Source: Rhina ancylostomus (lineage: Eukaryota). Taken from it: a stretch of DNA of 61,849 bases. The notes under the pieces are model-generated. The model ran no database searches. It was not told the DNA's origin and worked only from the letters and a program-made list of their open reading frames with translations. A program made the translations under genes and the position numbers. Shown here piece by piece: positions 47,151-59,690 of this stretch (position 1 is the first letter of the stretch; each line of letters begins with the position of its first letter). Where the stretch lies: contig JARFYF010000022.1 of NCBI GenBank assembly GCA_030265395.1, positions 30,938,666 to 31,000,514 of the forward strand. The letters are read 5' to 3'.

Positions 47151-50100
47151 GACAAAAGGTGCTACCATGCACAAAAATGAAAACCAATAAATGTGTACTT
47201 ATATTGTGGGCTAGAAGTTATATAGATCTTACCCTAGGCTACTAAATTGAGATGTTTTTTAAAAAAATAAAAACACTTGTCTGGGGATTAGAAAACAATG
47301 GAACTGGGGTCAATAATCCAAAATATTCTTTCATTATTTTGATTGTTTGCCCCCAGTCCACTGCCCCTCACCCACAGACAGCTGGAAAATCTATCCCATT
47401 TACAATACAATCAACAGATCTGACATCCATAACTTTGTTGACTGCACCTTTGCCAATATTTCATCAATAGATTTCCAAAACTATTTGGCACAGTAAGTAA
47501 ATTTTGGAAACAACAAGCTGGCCAATGCTTCTCATTTCACACTCAATTCAAAAATATTAGTGCCAGTAATTTCCCCATCACCAATACATGCATTTTCAAA
47601 GTCATACCCAAAACTCAGTAGCCAGCCTTTCAAATGTCAGTTGTAACTAGGTTAAAACCACTTCTTTACAATTTTATCATAAGAAATCCCCTGGTGTTTG
47701 CATTGTTAAAATGCAAAACAGTGTAAAGAAATTAATTCTGTAAAAGAAAATCTTCAGCAATTAAACCTTGATGGGTCAAGTACACAGGACATTCCACATT
47801 CAGATTTTGTTTCAATTTGAATATTCTATTGCCAAAAAATTATGACTACAAACCAAAATTTATACTGTTCACAGCTGTCAACTTATCAACTAAGTGCACT
47901 AAACAATACACTACCAAATAACAGAATGATGGTTATCTGCATCGTTCATGTAGCTCCCCCATTATTTAACTTACAACTTCAAATTAATCAGAAATTAATA
48001 ATAGCAAAAAACAAATCAACACTTAATATAGTTGAAGGTAACTAACAAGCTGGAATAATGGCTCAAGTTCTCAATTTGCAGTAAAGTACTAAGCCATAGA
48101 GACATAACAGAGTTATATTTGGTCTGTGCTTAGTTAGCTAATCTCAACCTGGGCACCAGCTGGTGCAAGACAAGGACAATGTGTTTGGTCTCAGTGACCA
48201 CAGACTTAAAAGTGCTTAAAAGAAGTTAAATGGGCTTTATATCAACTAACCAACAGTGGCAATCACCAGAACATATATACACAATGTGGGAATCTCCTTC
48301 ACAGGAGTGTCAATACCCACCTAAGTCAAATAAAAGGGTTATCAGCTCTTTTGTTTTAAAAAAAATGATTTTTTTAAAAACAAATAAGCTCAGAAATGTA
48401 AATTGACGATCTGTGTATGGAATAATTAGTCTCTGTGGAGTTATATTTCTTTCAACCCTTACCAGGGGTTAAAAATACAATATTATCCAAATAGACATCA
48501 AAAACTTACACTTGCCCAAAAAAATGTCCAGTTCAGCTGCTGCTTCTTTATGGTGATATTTGCTTCCTTTTGTCAACGGGCACAGACAGTGCTGCTCACA
48601 GTAGGATTTATTTCAATCAACCCCTCAACCGAATGTTGAAGGCAATGTGAGATGGCTATAAATTAATCTTGGGATTTCATTTTCAGTACTAGACATACGA
48701 TGGATGAAACATTTTTAGACAATGGAATGTGAATAATATCTCTCAGGAGGTTTTAAAGGCCAGCTCACCGCAAACATTCCAAAACTTACAAGCTGGATTG
48801 TTTATAACCATGGATTATATCAAGCAATGCACACTTTAGGTTCTAATTTATTTTTTTAAACTTTATAACTAAAATATTGTAAATATTTAAAAACAGTCAC
48901 ACCCATTGTATTGTGAAAAGTAAAATAGCACAAAACATACATAGCAAAAACAACCAAAACATTATCTGATTTCTTATCAAGAAATTTGCTAAAAAGGAGC
49001 AAGATTTGTTGTTTGAAGCGTTTAAAAGCCAAGGGGTTAAAATCAAAACTCCTCCCAGAATTACTGTGTAATGGTTCACAAGATATGTGTGTTTGCTGCA
49101 ATGCCTGGAAAATGTTATGCATATAAGAAACAAAAGCCAAAAAACAAAAGACAAGAAGTTTCACAACTTTTTAAGTAGGTAACGTCATGGTTATTTTTCC
49201 ATTGAGGTGAGAAGTTCAGTTTTCATCTTTTTAACCCGTCAGCTCTCCATTCTTTCTTTTGTAGTTGAAGGGAAATAGAATAAGATCAAAATAGCACATC
49301 TGATGACAGGGAGATACAGAAGTGTACAGTTCAATGAAGACCACATTGTTGAGGATATTCATTTTGTTTTTAAATCACCATATTAACCATGGTAAGTAAT
49401 GGGTAGTAATATTACTGAGTGCACTCCAGACTATGGAATATTAAGATGATCCATGTGAAGCGCAGGACTGACACAGCAGAGTTTGCAACACGTTCTTGCC
49501 CCGTACAGCATGTGATGATTATTCAATGTGACAAATATGGAATACCGTTTAACCATACAAACCACATCACTGTAAATGACATTTGTAGATTATGATATCC
49601 AAACAGGTTTTATATTAATGAATCAAGAATCAACAACAAACATAAAAGCTGGGAATACACCATCGTTTTTCCAACACTGCACTGAAGGCTTTGGCGAAAT
49701 GGGTGTAATGGAGTATTGACACTCTGCACCCAGAGTGGCCCAAGAATCTATATACCAAAGGCAATAAAAGCAGAAGGACCTGGATGTCCAACCCTAAGGA
49801 ACCTGCAGTGCCACAAGTAGTTCATAAATTGTCAACATCTCCAAATTCCTTATTGAACCCCACCTCCCATCAGTTCCAAAGTCAGACACTGTTCAATTCA
49901 CTCTACTCCTATCTTGTATATCAGAAAAGAAGAACAGAGCTTGTATCAAACATTCATAGGCTCCATGGCAGCCTTAACCCAAGCATTCCTGCAAATCAAA
50001 ATCTCACAACTTGAATATTGATCAGCTGTTGCTCCATACAACAAGCTGCAAATGGAAGTTTTGTACTTAATCTGTAAATGTCACCACAAATGGATTTTTA

Positions 50101-50191
50101 ATAGAGGAAAAATTGTAAAGCAGTTGAGAATGGTTTGGCCTTGAATACAAACCTGAGGAACTCTTGTATCAGCATCAGCAATAACCGAGCA

Positions 50192-50227
50192 CTTAGCACC
50201 ATTTAATCAATACTTGCCTATTCACAA
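50192..50227 (+). repeat. 36-bp perfect direct repeat, copy 1
   Basis: CTTAGCACCATTTAATCAATACTTGCCTATTCACAA, identical to 51563-51598. Confidence 0.95.
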
Positions 50228-51562
50228 CTATTCACAGGTAGATTCTTCAACACAGTCCCCAGTAGAGACACTTAAACAAGTATGGCTGAATGCACATATA
50301 CTCACCAAGTAGCACCTCAGCAGCACTATACCCAGGGATGAACAACTATGTTGATTTCTTTGATTCTGCAGTTGGTTAAACTTGTGAACCTACTGTTATA
50401 GACTTAATGTGCATGTCCAAAAATCCTGTTTTCACTTGAATGATTATGGATGAGGTGTGTTGTTCTCGGCCCCTGGCTTCACCTTGAGCATCTCCTGCTT
50501 TATTCATGTACCCCCTTCACGTTCTGAGTCAGGGCACTGATAATCCAATCTTCATGTCTGACAATGCATCATTCAATTCACTATAACATTTTAATTCTTT
50601 CATCTTTCAAAAAACTTTTATTAACATCTTCCTGCGGCCTAAACATTTTTCAAACAACAGTTCAGACACAAATCAGTTTTCATTCCTGCTGGCTATACCA
50701 TCCTTGAAACAATTACGAATTAGTCCCAAGTGTTCAGTAGATAAATCTACAGGTTGTTTAAGGCAGGAAAAGATGGAGGAGTGTAAAAGAATGCTGCAAG
50801 ATTGAAGGATGCATCACATTCCAGTAGCAAGAGAATTTCGGCTAAAGGGAATTATGGAAATGGTTCATCCAGTATGGATCCATTCATCAACAACACAGGA
50901 TTTTATATATGAGGCATTTGGCAACAAAGGGCCAGTGCAAGGGTGAATAGTTACATTCTCTGCATTTGAGTGGGACAATGGAAATTTCATTGCCATGTCC
51001 CTCATCTCATTTTTGGCTTCAACATTTCATTCTCATTTTCTTCACTGCCACTTATGCTCCAACCATTTCTTGTCAAGTCCTGCACAGCCATTTTATACCT
51101 ACAATGTATTTTACCGGGCGAGTTTTCAAAGCAGTGCTAAACACCGCTTTACCTTCAAAACTACTAATTGCGGGACAGACTCACGTTTCAGGCATAAACA
51201 ATAACTCCACCTCTTTTAAAAAAAATTCAAGCACTTCCAAGTTTGGATAGTAAAGCTTCCTAATCAATAGCCTTTTTTGTTTAAAAAACCCTTCCTGCCT
51301 TCATGACTGTCCAAAATCCTTTTGTATCTTTAAAGCAAGCCACAAAGTGTACCTCAAATTTTACATTGTTTCTCGAAGTTAAAAAAGCACTGTTCAATTT
51401 AGCTTTACTACCTGCTATTCTTAGAGCTCAGATGCCAAAAAAACAATTCCAGTTTCTGCTTTTAACATTCTTTTCCTAGGATACCAAAAAGTCAATGGCT
51501 GCACTTACTTTATTATCTAGTCATTCTTGATTCCTTTATTCTGTAATCTTTTGAACATCAAG

Positions 51563-51598
51563 CTTAGCACCATTTAATCAATACTTGCCTATTCACAA
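51563..51598 (+). repeat. 36-bp perfect direct repeat, copy 2
   Basis: Identical to 50192-50227. Confidence 0.95.
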
Positions 51599-52339
51599 GC
51601 AAAATACACTTTGCTCCTGCACTTCTGTTTGATTACAAAAAACAACTTTAAGTGACTTGTTCAAATGCTTGTTCAGACCCAAGTGGACTTGACAAAATNN
51701 NNNNNNNNNNNNNNNNNNNNNNNNNNNNNNNNNNNNNNNNNNNNNNNNNNNGTTTTGTTAGTTCTTCTAAACTCCCACATGAGAAAAAGAGCCACAATCA
51801 AGCTGCTCCATTATGCCATTCAACTTACAATAAACTATTTCTCTCAATTGTCTTGTTTTAATTTAGACAGCTTGACATTTAACAGTACCACTGAGGACAG
51901 TGACAATTTGCAAAACAAGCAAGCCAGCAAATCTGCTAGATGCAATGAAAACCATGCAACCACCAACCAGACTCAGATCGATGTGGTCTTTCAACACCAC
52001 AGTCTGGGACTTGGGCACTGATTTATAAATCTTCAGGATTTTGGTTCACAAAATGGAAGAGAAAGTAACAGTTTCCTTCATGCTTGAACATTAAAAAAAA
52101 TCAAATATGTGGCAGTGCCACAAATGGAGAAATGTAATCTAGTAATGCCCTTAAATTGGTACGCCCAACAGATAATCACTCTGCGATGTTTTCCCTTACA
52201 TACTTAATGAAATTAATTTACATGTACACAACAACAAATCAGTTTTAAAATTGGTCATCTTAACCAACTCTAGTATCTACAATTTGGTCATTTACAAGAA
52301 CTATTTCTCTGCTCACTGGACAAATTTGACAGAGAGAAC

Positions 52340-52995
52340 ATGAGAAAATTCACCAGACCAATTCCTAGGATTGCAGGACTGTCTTGTGAGAAGAGATTGG
52401 CTCAACTGGGCCTGATTCACTAATGTTTAGGAAAATCAGAAGGGACCCATTGAAGTGAAGACATTTACTAACCATGCCCCTACATTTTGATCCAAATCTT
52501 TTAATATAGATGACAAACAACACGGGATCCAGCACAGATACTTGTGGCACACCACTGGCCACCAAATCTGAAAAACAACTCTCTAGTACCGCCCTCTGAC
52601 TCCTTCTACCAAGCTTATATTGTATCCAATTGGCTAGCTCACCCTGGATCCCACATGAGCTAACATTCCAGACAGCCTACTATGCAGGACCTTGTCAATG
52701 GCCCTGCTGAGTCCATGTAGACAACTTTTATCACCCTGCTCTCATCATTTTCTTGATCACTTCTTCAAAGAATTCTCAATCAAATTTGTGAGACACAATT
52801 TTCCACAGTATCCTTACTCAGTCTTTACTTTTCTAAATGCAAGTAGATTTTGCCTCTCAGAATCCCCTCCAGTAACTTTACCATCACTGATGTAAGGCTT
52901 ACCAGCCTTTCGTTTCCTGGTTTGTCCTTGTAGGAAATTGTTATCCACAAAGAATAAGAGGCACAACTTTAGCCACCCTCCAATCTTCCAGTGAC
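52340..52995 (-). mobile_element. CR1 RT fragment (minus, about 52461-52995) abutting a plus-strand CR1 piece (about 52340-52460)
   Basis: VASGVPQVSVLDPVLFVIYI on minus; RKFTRPIPRIAGLSCEKRL-like remnant on plus. Confidence 0.8.
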
Positions 52996-55074
52996 ATAAA
53001 AAAAATCCAACGAACTCAAAGGGAGCAGGGGAAAATCGGGCCCTTGAGAGTTTAAAGAGAAGGCAGAAAACAGAACAGAGGGAGCAAAAAGCCAAACCAT
53101 CAGGATTTCTGAACAATTTGATAGCAGCTTGGAGTTTTACTGTACATTTTTTACTTCAAATTTTTTTTAAACAATTGACTGTTGTCAACTATCATATCTA
53201 CTAACAATAACGATGACCTCATTCTTTCCCTGCATGCTCCTTAAATTGAAGTCATGCAATAAAATTCAGTGCTTGCAAAGGCAAGAATCAAAAGGTTACA
53301 AGGTAGAGAGCAGGAGGTGAAATAAAGAAGCATACTGCATCTCATGAGGTTATGCAAAAGTGCTCAAAGGGCGCAGAAATAATGTACATATTTTCACATA
53401 TGGTTTGTGTAGATTAGATAAGGATACTGTGTTAATGTGGAAATTGGTCACAAATTGAGAGATTTGCTGCTAGTTATCATTAGAATTTGGTGGCCAATTA
53501 ACACTGTTGGGCCATTTGTTCACACAAAAATGATTTTACTCCTTACGTCAATTATTTAAGTAGTCACTGATGTACATTAGATGTCCATTAAAGTCAGAGA
53601 GATGGGTTTAGGAATTAATAGTTGAAGTGTGCTCTTAACACGATTGCTTTCGTCATTAAAATTAACCTTTGGCCTCCATTTGGCAAACTGATAAAAAAAA
53701 ACTCCAATTTCTCGCCACAACCTGATTGAAATTGCATTTGCCTCGTAATTAACCCTCATCTGTCCTTAACGTCTCAGATTTCCAACACAATTAGTTAAAG
53801 AGGCATATTGTTGGTACCGTCATTCATAAAGCTTCCAGGTCTCATACTGCCTTCACAATGCCATGAACAATTTGCACTTCCACTATGTTATAGTACAATT
53901 TTAAGTTGAGGGGCACAGACAAGTCTAAACAATGGCAAGAACCAAAATGACATACTTTCTCAAGATCTACCTCTCTGTCACTTCGTGACGAGTGAAGTGC
54001 AAACAACCCAATTCAGAGAGAATAGAGAAAGTTTGAAACTAACAGCAACTAAAAATTACAAATTACAAATTACCTCTTTTCCCCCTCAAGTCCTCACAAT
54101 TGTTGAGCACATGAGAAAGAGCTGGATCACCAGAGAGCACCTTCAGCCACAGCGATTTATTTCGTAAACAATCAGTGGCTTGTACCAGAGCAATACGAAC
54201 ATTTTCAATTTTTGCATTTTGAACAAAAAATTGAGTGCATGTCAAATTGAAAGCAAAGGTATTTCACTATGGTCATTCGCATTCACCCAGCTTTTAAATC
54301 ATTTATATGCTATAATCATCAATGGGAAGGGTGACATTTATTGCCCATTCCTTATTGCACAAGGTGGTGGTGGTTACCCTTGTTCTTTAACTAATGCAGT
54401 TCTTCAACTGAAAGAATATCTACTAACCCTGCATTAGGGAGTAGTTAGTCAGAAAGCAGAGAATTCAGTGGCCTCCTACCTCCACCCAACCAGCTTGACA
54501 AGTTGAGGCAGAATATATTTTTCAATTTAACCATAAAAGTGGCAGATCATATTTTCAAGTAAATAATTAAGCAGTAATGAGACTTCAGTGAAGGATGTTT
54601 ATGACTACGACTTTCATTACCCTTTATTATTCTTTTATAATTGCATACAAAAAAGTCACAATCCTTCTCAAGCAGGCATGGAAATGTTTAAGAGGCAGTG
54701 AAATATTGGACCAGTGCAGTAATTTTGCAGCTAGTTGGAAAACCATAGTCATTAGAAGGAAAACAAATCAGGAATTTCTGGAGGGCAGGAGTTGCTCACC
54801 ATTTTTAATCGGCATTGAATACCTGTATAATTCTTCATGCATAGTGAATACAATTCCTCATTACTGTAAAAAAATATACATCCAATCTAAAACATTTCTG
54901 GCAAATCTACTATGCTATTTATCATTTTGTTTTGGTTTGGGCAGAATATATTAATCTGCAACTTGGACCACTGGCATCTTGATCCTATATTAGCCAAAAC
55001 AAGTCAGATTACCAGTTTGAGAACATGGGCCTGAAATGCTAACCATTGCTCCCTCCACAAATGTTGGCCATCCT

Positions 55075-55443
55075 CAGTAGTAGCAGTCAGTGCGACGCTA
55101 TTACAGCGCCAGCGATCAGGGTTCGATTTCCATCTCTGTAAGTATATACATTATCGCGGNNNNNNNNNNNNNNNNNNNNNNNNNNNNNNNNNNNNNNNNN
55201 NNNNNNNNNNNNNNNNNNNNNNNNNNNNNNNNNNNNNNNNNNNNNNNNNNNNNNNNNNNTTCGATTTCCATCGCTGTAAGTATATACATTCTCGCGGGTC
55301 TGCGTGGGTTTCCTCCGGGTGCTCCGGTTCCTCCCACATTCCAAGGGCATACGGGTAGGTTAACATGGGTTTAAAATGGCCGGCGTGGACTGGTTGGGCC
55401 GAAAGGGCCTGTTGCCACGCTGTAAATAAAATTTAAAAATTTA
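55075..55443 (+). mobile_element. tRNA-derived V-SINE (family of 14516-14752), split by a gap
   Basis: B box ggttcgatttcc, V-domain, tail gggccgaaagggcctgttgccacgctgtaaataaaatttaaa. Confidence 0.9.
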
Positions 55444-58400
55444 TGTCCAGCTTCTGTAGTATTTTGCTTTTGTGCCACACTACACCTGTAAACAAAAGGT
55501 AACAAGTCTTGTATCACAAGAAACAACATTTCAGGAAAAGTACTCCTCTCCCTTTGCCATTGCACCCATCTTTCCCACAGACATTGAAATCTGAAGTACT
55601 TAGTTGCCAATGCTCAGCTTCTTTTACCACAATTACGATCAACTCACACCAAGACAAACCTTCAGCTCAATTTGTTTTCTTGATCTTCAGAATGTGTGCA
55701 AAACAAACACCAACTCTCCCTCACTTGTGTTGTCTTTTTTCATGAATCTTTTAGTCAGACAAACCACATTTTGATCCGTCACCACTTGAGGCAATTGTCT
55801 AAAGCAAAGAGTCTAGACAATATGCCTGCCTGGTGTCAGCGTATGCAAAATAGAACTGAGCAACAAGGATGCAAGGTAGATAAAACAACAGGAACCATGT
55901 TTACTCAGGACAATGTCACTCTCCACAAACTCTCACACGTCGCAGCTGGGCACAAAGCTGTTCTGCAGTATCTTAGTCCAATTAAAATCTGCTGTTTAGA
56001 CTAGTGTATCTTTTCTTTAAGAAGCCACATATTGAGCACGAAAATAGTGAATAAAATTTTGCTTCATTGAACTTATATAGCCAAGAATCAGAAACAAAAA
56101 GGTAGATCTTCTTCCCCCTCTGCACCAAGCAGGAAAAAAACTTGAGCTGATTAAAATTCACTTACAGCCAGCAGGCCTAGCATTTTCTGACATGCTTAAT
56201 GCATAATAAGTGGAGAAGAACACCAANNNNNNNNNNNNNNNNNNNNNNNNNNNNNNNNNNNNNNNNNNNNNNNNNNNNNNNNNNNNNNNNNNNNNNNNNN
56301 NNNNNNNNNNNNNNNNNNNNNNNNNNATCTTCTACTTTTGCGTCCTCCCCACATTTCCAGCTTTGCAGTTCAAGGACTTTCCTAATCCAATCCTTCAAAA
56401 CATTCCAGGGCCATGATCATGAATTTCCTCTTGGTCTTTTTGATAAAATAAAAGCTCTCCTTGATTGTCCCGATTAGCATTTTACACTTCACACCAACCC
56501 AAGCTGGCATCTAACATCTGATCAATTAAATATTTATCCTGCTTATAATGTCCAAATTCCACTCAGTCCCACTTGTGAAATAGCTTCAATTCAGGCACTG
56601 TTTATAACTAGAAAAAAAACCCATCTCTTTCAGAATATTAGAACTGTTCTTATTTTAAAGTTCCCTGCACATCCATCAGCAAAAGACAAGCATGACTCAA
56701 AAAAAGTAGTAGTGCCAATTTCAAAGCAGTGAAATCTTAGCGAGGTCGACTGGCGAGCTATTGGCGTATCAAAGTTCACGATGCAATTGAACAAATTAGA
56801 TGATAATGGATTTACATCTTTAACTGCGCATATGCAGAAGTAGTAACTGTCTTATTTACTTCAGAAAAAAAGCGTACTTCCTTGCTATTGTTTCAATGTG
56901 AACTCAGGATCAATATTGAAAGATACAACAGCCTTCTTTCTTCATTAGCTTGTTAGTTTGGTTACCAATTATGGATTGCCAACTAAGGATTATCATCTTC
57001 AGCCAAGACCAAGCTACATCTAGAATAATATGCAAGGAGTAGAATAGTTATTCTGAAGTCACAATTTTCTTTTGCTATTCAGATCCTTATGGATTTGTTT
57101 TACACTTTTCTTATGCATTTACTATTTTACAAAGATTCCATCTCAATATCCCAAAATGTTACATAAAAATGCTCAGTTTAGTAATTTCTGAATAAAACGT
57201 GACAAATCTGCACTGCTATGTCCAGAACTCATTCCAACGCCAACCTTAAGTTAAATTTAAAATGTCAGCATTATGGCAAACTGTGTATGCATGTCAATTC
57301 TTGATTATACATGCTTGCCTCCTACCTAACTTTTGTTTCTATAACTGCAAAGGAGCATATGAAGACTTGCATATTTAATCTTAGGTCAACGTATTGATAG
57401 TTATGTCCTATGTATGTAAACCTTGAAACACCTGATCAGTGCTAATACCTTTAGATACAAAAAGGCAGAGCAGTGCTGTAATTTTCGCTTAAGGTACAGC
57501 ATTTGTGCACTGACTTAATCTTCCAAGTAGCTTTGCATAGGCGATTGTGATTTCTGCAGTGCAGTGTTAACCACTGACAAAGGCGAGTACTACACAGAGA
57601 ATTGTGAATTTTACAGCACATGGTCTTAACAGAGAAACTTGGTGTATGCGTGTTTGTCGCCTAATGTTTAGCAATAGACATTCTGGGGCCATATAGTTTG
57701 AATAATCTAGAAAGCAAGTATTGTAGAAACTGAGCGATACTGTAACAGCAACAAAATCTTATACAAATAACATTAATGAAAGGTCACAACGACCATTACA
57801 ATTTTAAAAGGCTGATTTCCTTGCTTCCAACTGTTAAAATGCTGAGCAGAATTTATGGTTCAGCTCACATGAAAACACTGACTTCAATATCTATTCTACT
57901 CACCTTTCACAGCAGAGGCCCCAAGGTAATGGAAAACACACATTACAGCTTGCAGCTTCCTCAAATTTATCAGAATAAGACATCTAGGAAGCACAACCTT
58001 CGGTTTCAAAGAAGAAATAAGAGAATACTACCAATGAGATTCAAGGCCAATTTACAGCTACATGAGCAAGATTCTTCCTTATTCCAATCTGTATTAAGAA
58101 TGTTACAGCATATCCCTCAAAATACAGCAGACGAAGCAGGTTCCAAGACAACAGTTCCACCATTATCCAATCCTTCGCACTACAGCAGCTGGTACCCAAA
58201 AGACAAACAGGAAGTGAAGATTGACTCGTCAGGTTGCAATAAAGTCTTTTAATATTTTCTTGTCTGTACTGATTAGAAAAAAATTGGACTCATTGGGTGG
58301 ATAATGCAAAAGGCTCAAGTTACAATACTAAGCACATCAACCAAAATTATACAAAATAAGTAAATTTATTTCCACAAGGGGATCAGGCATTCCATTCAGC

Positions 58401-58461
58401 TGGAACAGTTCAGACTTATGACGCAGCTCCATTCCTAAGTGGTACAACCTCAGAACTAGAA

Positions 58462-58780
58462 AATCAAAAAATTGCAGTTGCTGGAAATCTGAAATAGAAG
58501 AATGCAGGAAACACTCTGCAGGTTAAGTACAACCAGTGCAAATATTTCAGTTCTAATTCTGATGAAGGACCTTCAACCTGAAACAGTAACTCTATTTCTT
58601 ATTTTGCAAGTGCTGCCTGACCTGCTGAGTTCCTCCAGTATTTTGTGTGTGTGGCTCCAGATTCCAGCATCCCTTGTGTTTCCAGCCAGTTCCTNNNNNN
58701 NNNNNNNNNNNNNNNNNNNNNNNNNNNNNNNNNNNNNNNNNNNNNNNNNNNTCAGTTTCCATCATCTGCAGAATCTCCTG
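58462..58780. mobile_element. Penelope-like terminal repeats in inverted arrangement, with hammerhead-like core
   Basis: Minus arm attgcagttgctggaaatctgaaat; plus arm CTGATGA-AGG-accttcaa-CCT-GAAAC (58559-58584) then tgctgcctgacctgctgagttcctccag. Confidence 0.72.
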
Positions 58781-59149
58781 CATCTCCAACTTTTGCCTGA
58801 AGTCCCTTTTGGCCTGCAATTTCCAAGTCTCACAAACTAAGTTGGCCAATCATCAAAACAGATTTCAAATAATTTTAACATATCCAACTAACTGCGACTG
58901 AACCATGTCCCTCACAGTCATTCCCCTCCATTGATATCAACAGACTGACTGCGTGCCAGAATTCCCCACTGAGAGTCTGAGGAGTTATCACAACATAGGG
59001 CTGCCTAAGCTGGACTTAATTGCAGTTTTGCAAAATTTTCCTGCAGAATCCAGCAACAAAAGAATGGCTCAGAACTAGACAACAGCTGAAAGAAATGCAA
59101 CCTGCCTTGTGACACTATGAACAGAGACAGCAGTGCTTCGATTTAGCAT

Positions 59150-59690
59150 TTTCTTTGAAAAATAAACTTTATTCATAATATTATTCTTTTTACACACAGA
59201 AAGAAAAACAAAGTACAACATTTCTTACAGTCTTAGTGTCATTTGGTCAATACATTCATAGTGCTAACACTCTTTTAAAGATATAGGACCATTGCCCCTC
59301 ATGTGGCCCCTTCGTGCAATACACCCTTTCATTGTTTGGGAGGCTTCCCCACTAAACTCAGTCCCATGTCCAGAAGGGCCCAAGACCGTGGTCCTTCTCC
59401 ACAAAGCCTTTGCGTTGGCTGCACCAAGCTTCATTGCATCCTTCAGCACGTAATTCTGCAGCCTGGACTGTACCAGTCAGCAGCATTCCCTTATGGACNN
59501 NNNNNNNNNNNNNNNNNNNNNNNNNNNNNAGCAGACCCAGAGAGCATCTTTCACTGAGTTGATGACCTTCCAGCAGCACTCGATGTCCGTATCTGTGCAG
59601 GTCTCTGGGAACAGCCCATAGATCAGAGTCCTCTGTTCCACAGGTGCTTGGTATGAACCTAAACAAGGACCCCTTGCATCCTTCTTGGCA
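59150..59690 (-). mobile_element. Tx1/L1-clade LINE 3' end
   Basis: LIYGLFPETCTDTDIECCWKVINSVKDALW...VLKDAMKLGAANAKALWRRTTV, then a 3' UTR with AATAAA at about 59173-59168. Confidence 0.8.

Noticed and set aside
55122-55298. Apparent internal tandem duplication of the SINE B-box region
   Set aside because: The duplicated sequence of about 38 nt flanks a 100-N gap; probably a contig-end overlap artefact.
57776-58252. 158-aa plus-strand ORF
   Set aside because: No recognisable homology, antisense within an intron, and no supporting gene structure.
3006-58591. Claim of an active self-cleaving ribozyme in the plekha7 intron
   Set aside because: Every visible hammerhead-like copy has a lesion in G12, stem III or the cleavage triplet; only the family-level motif is supported.
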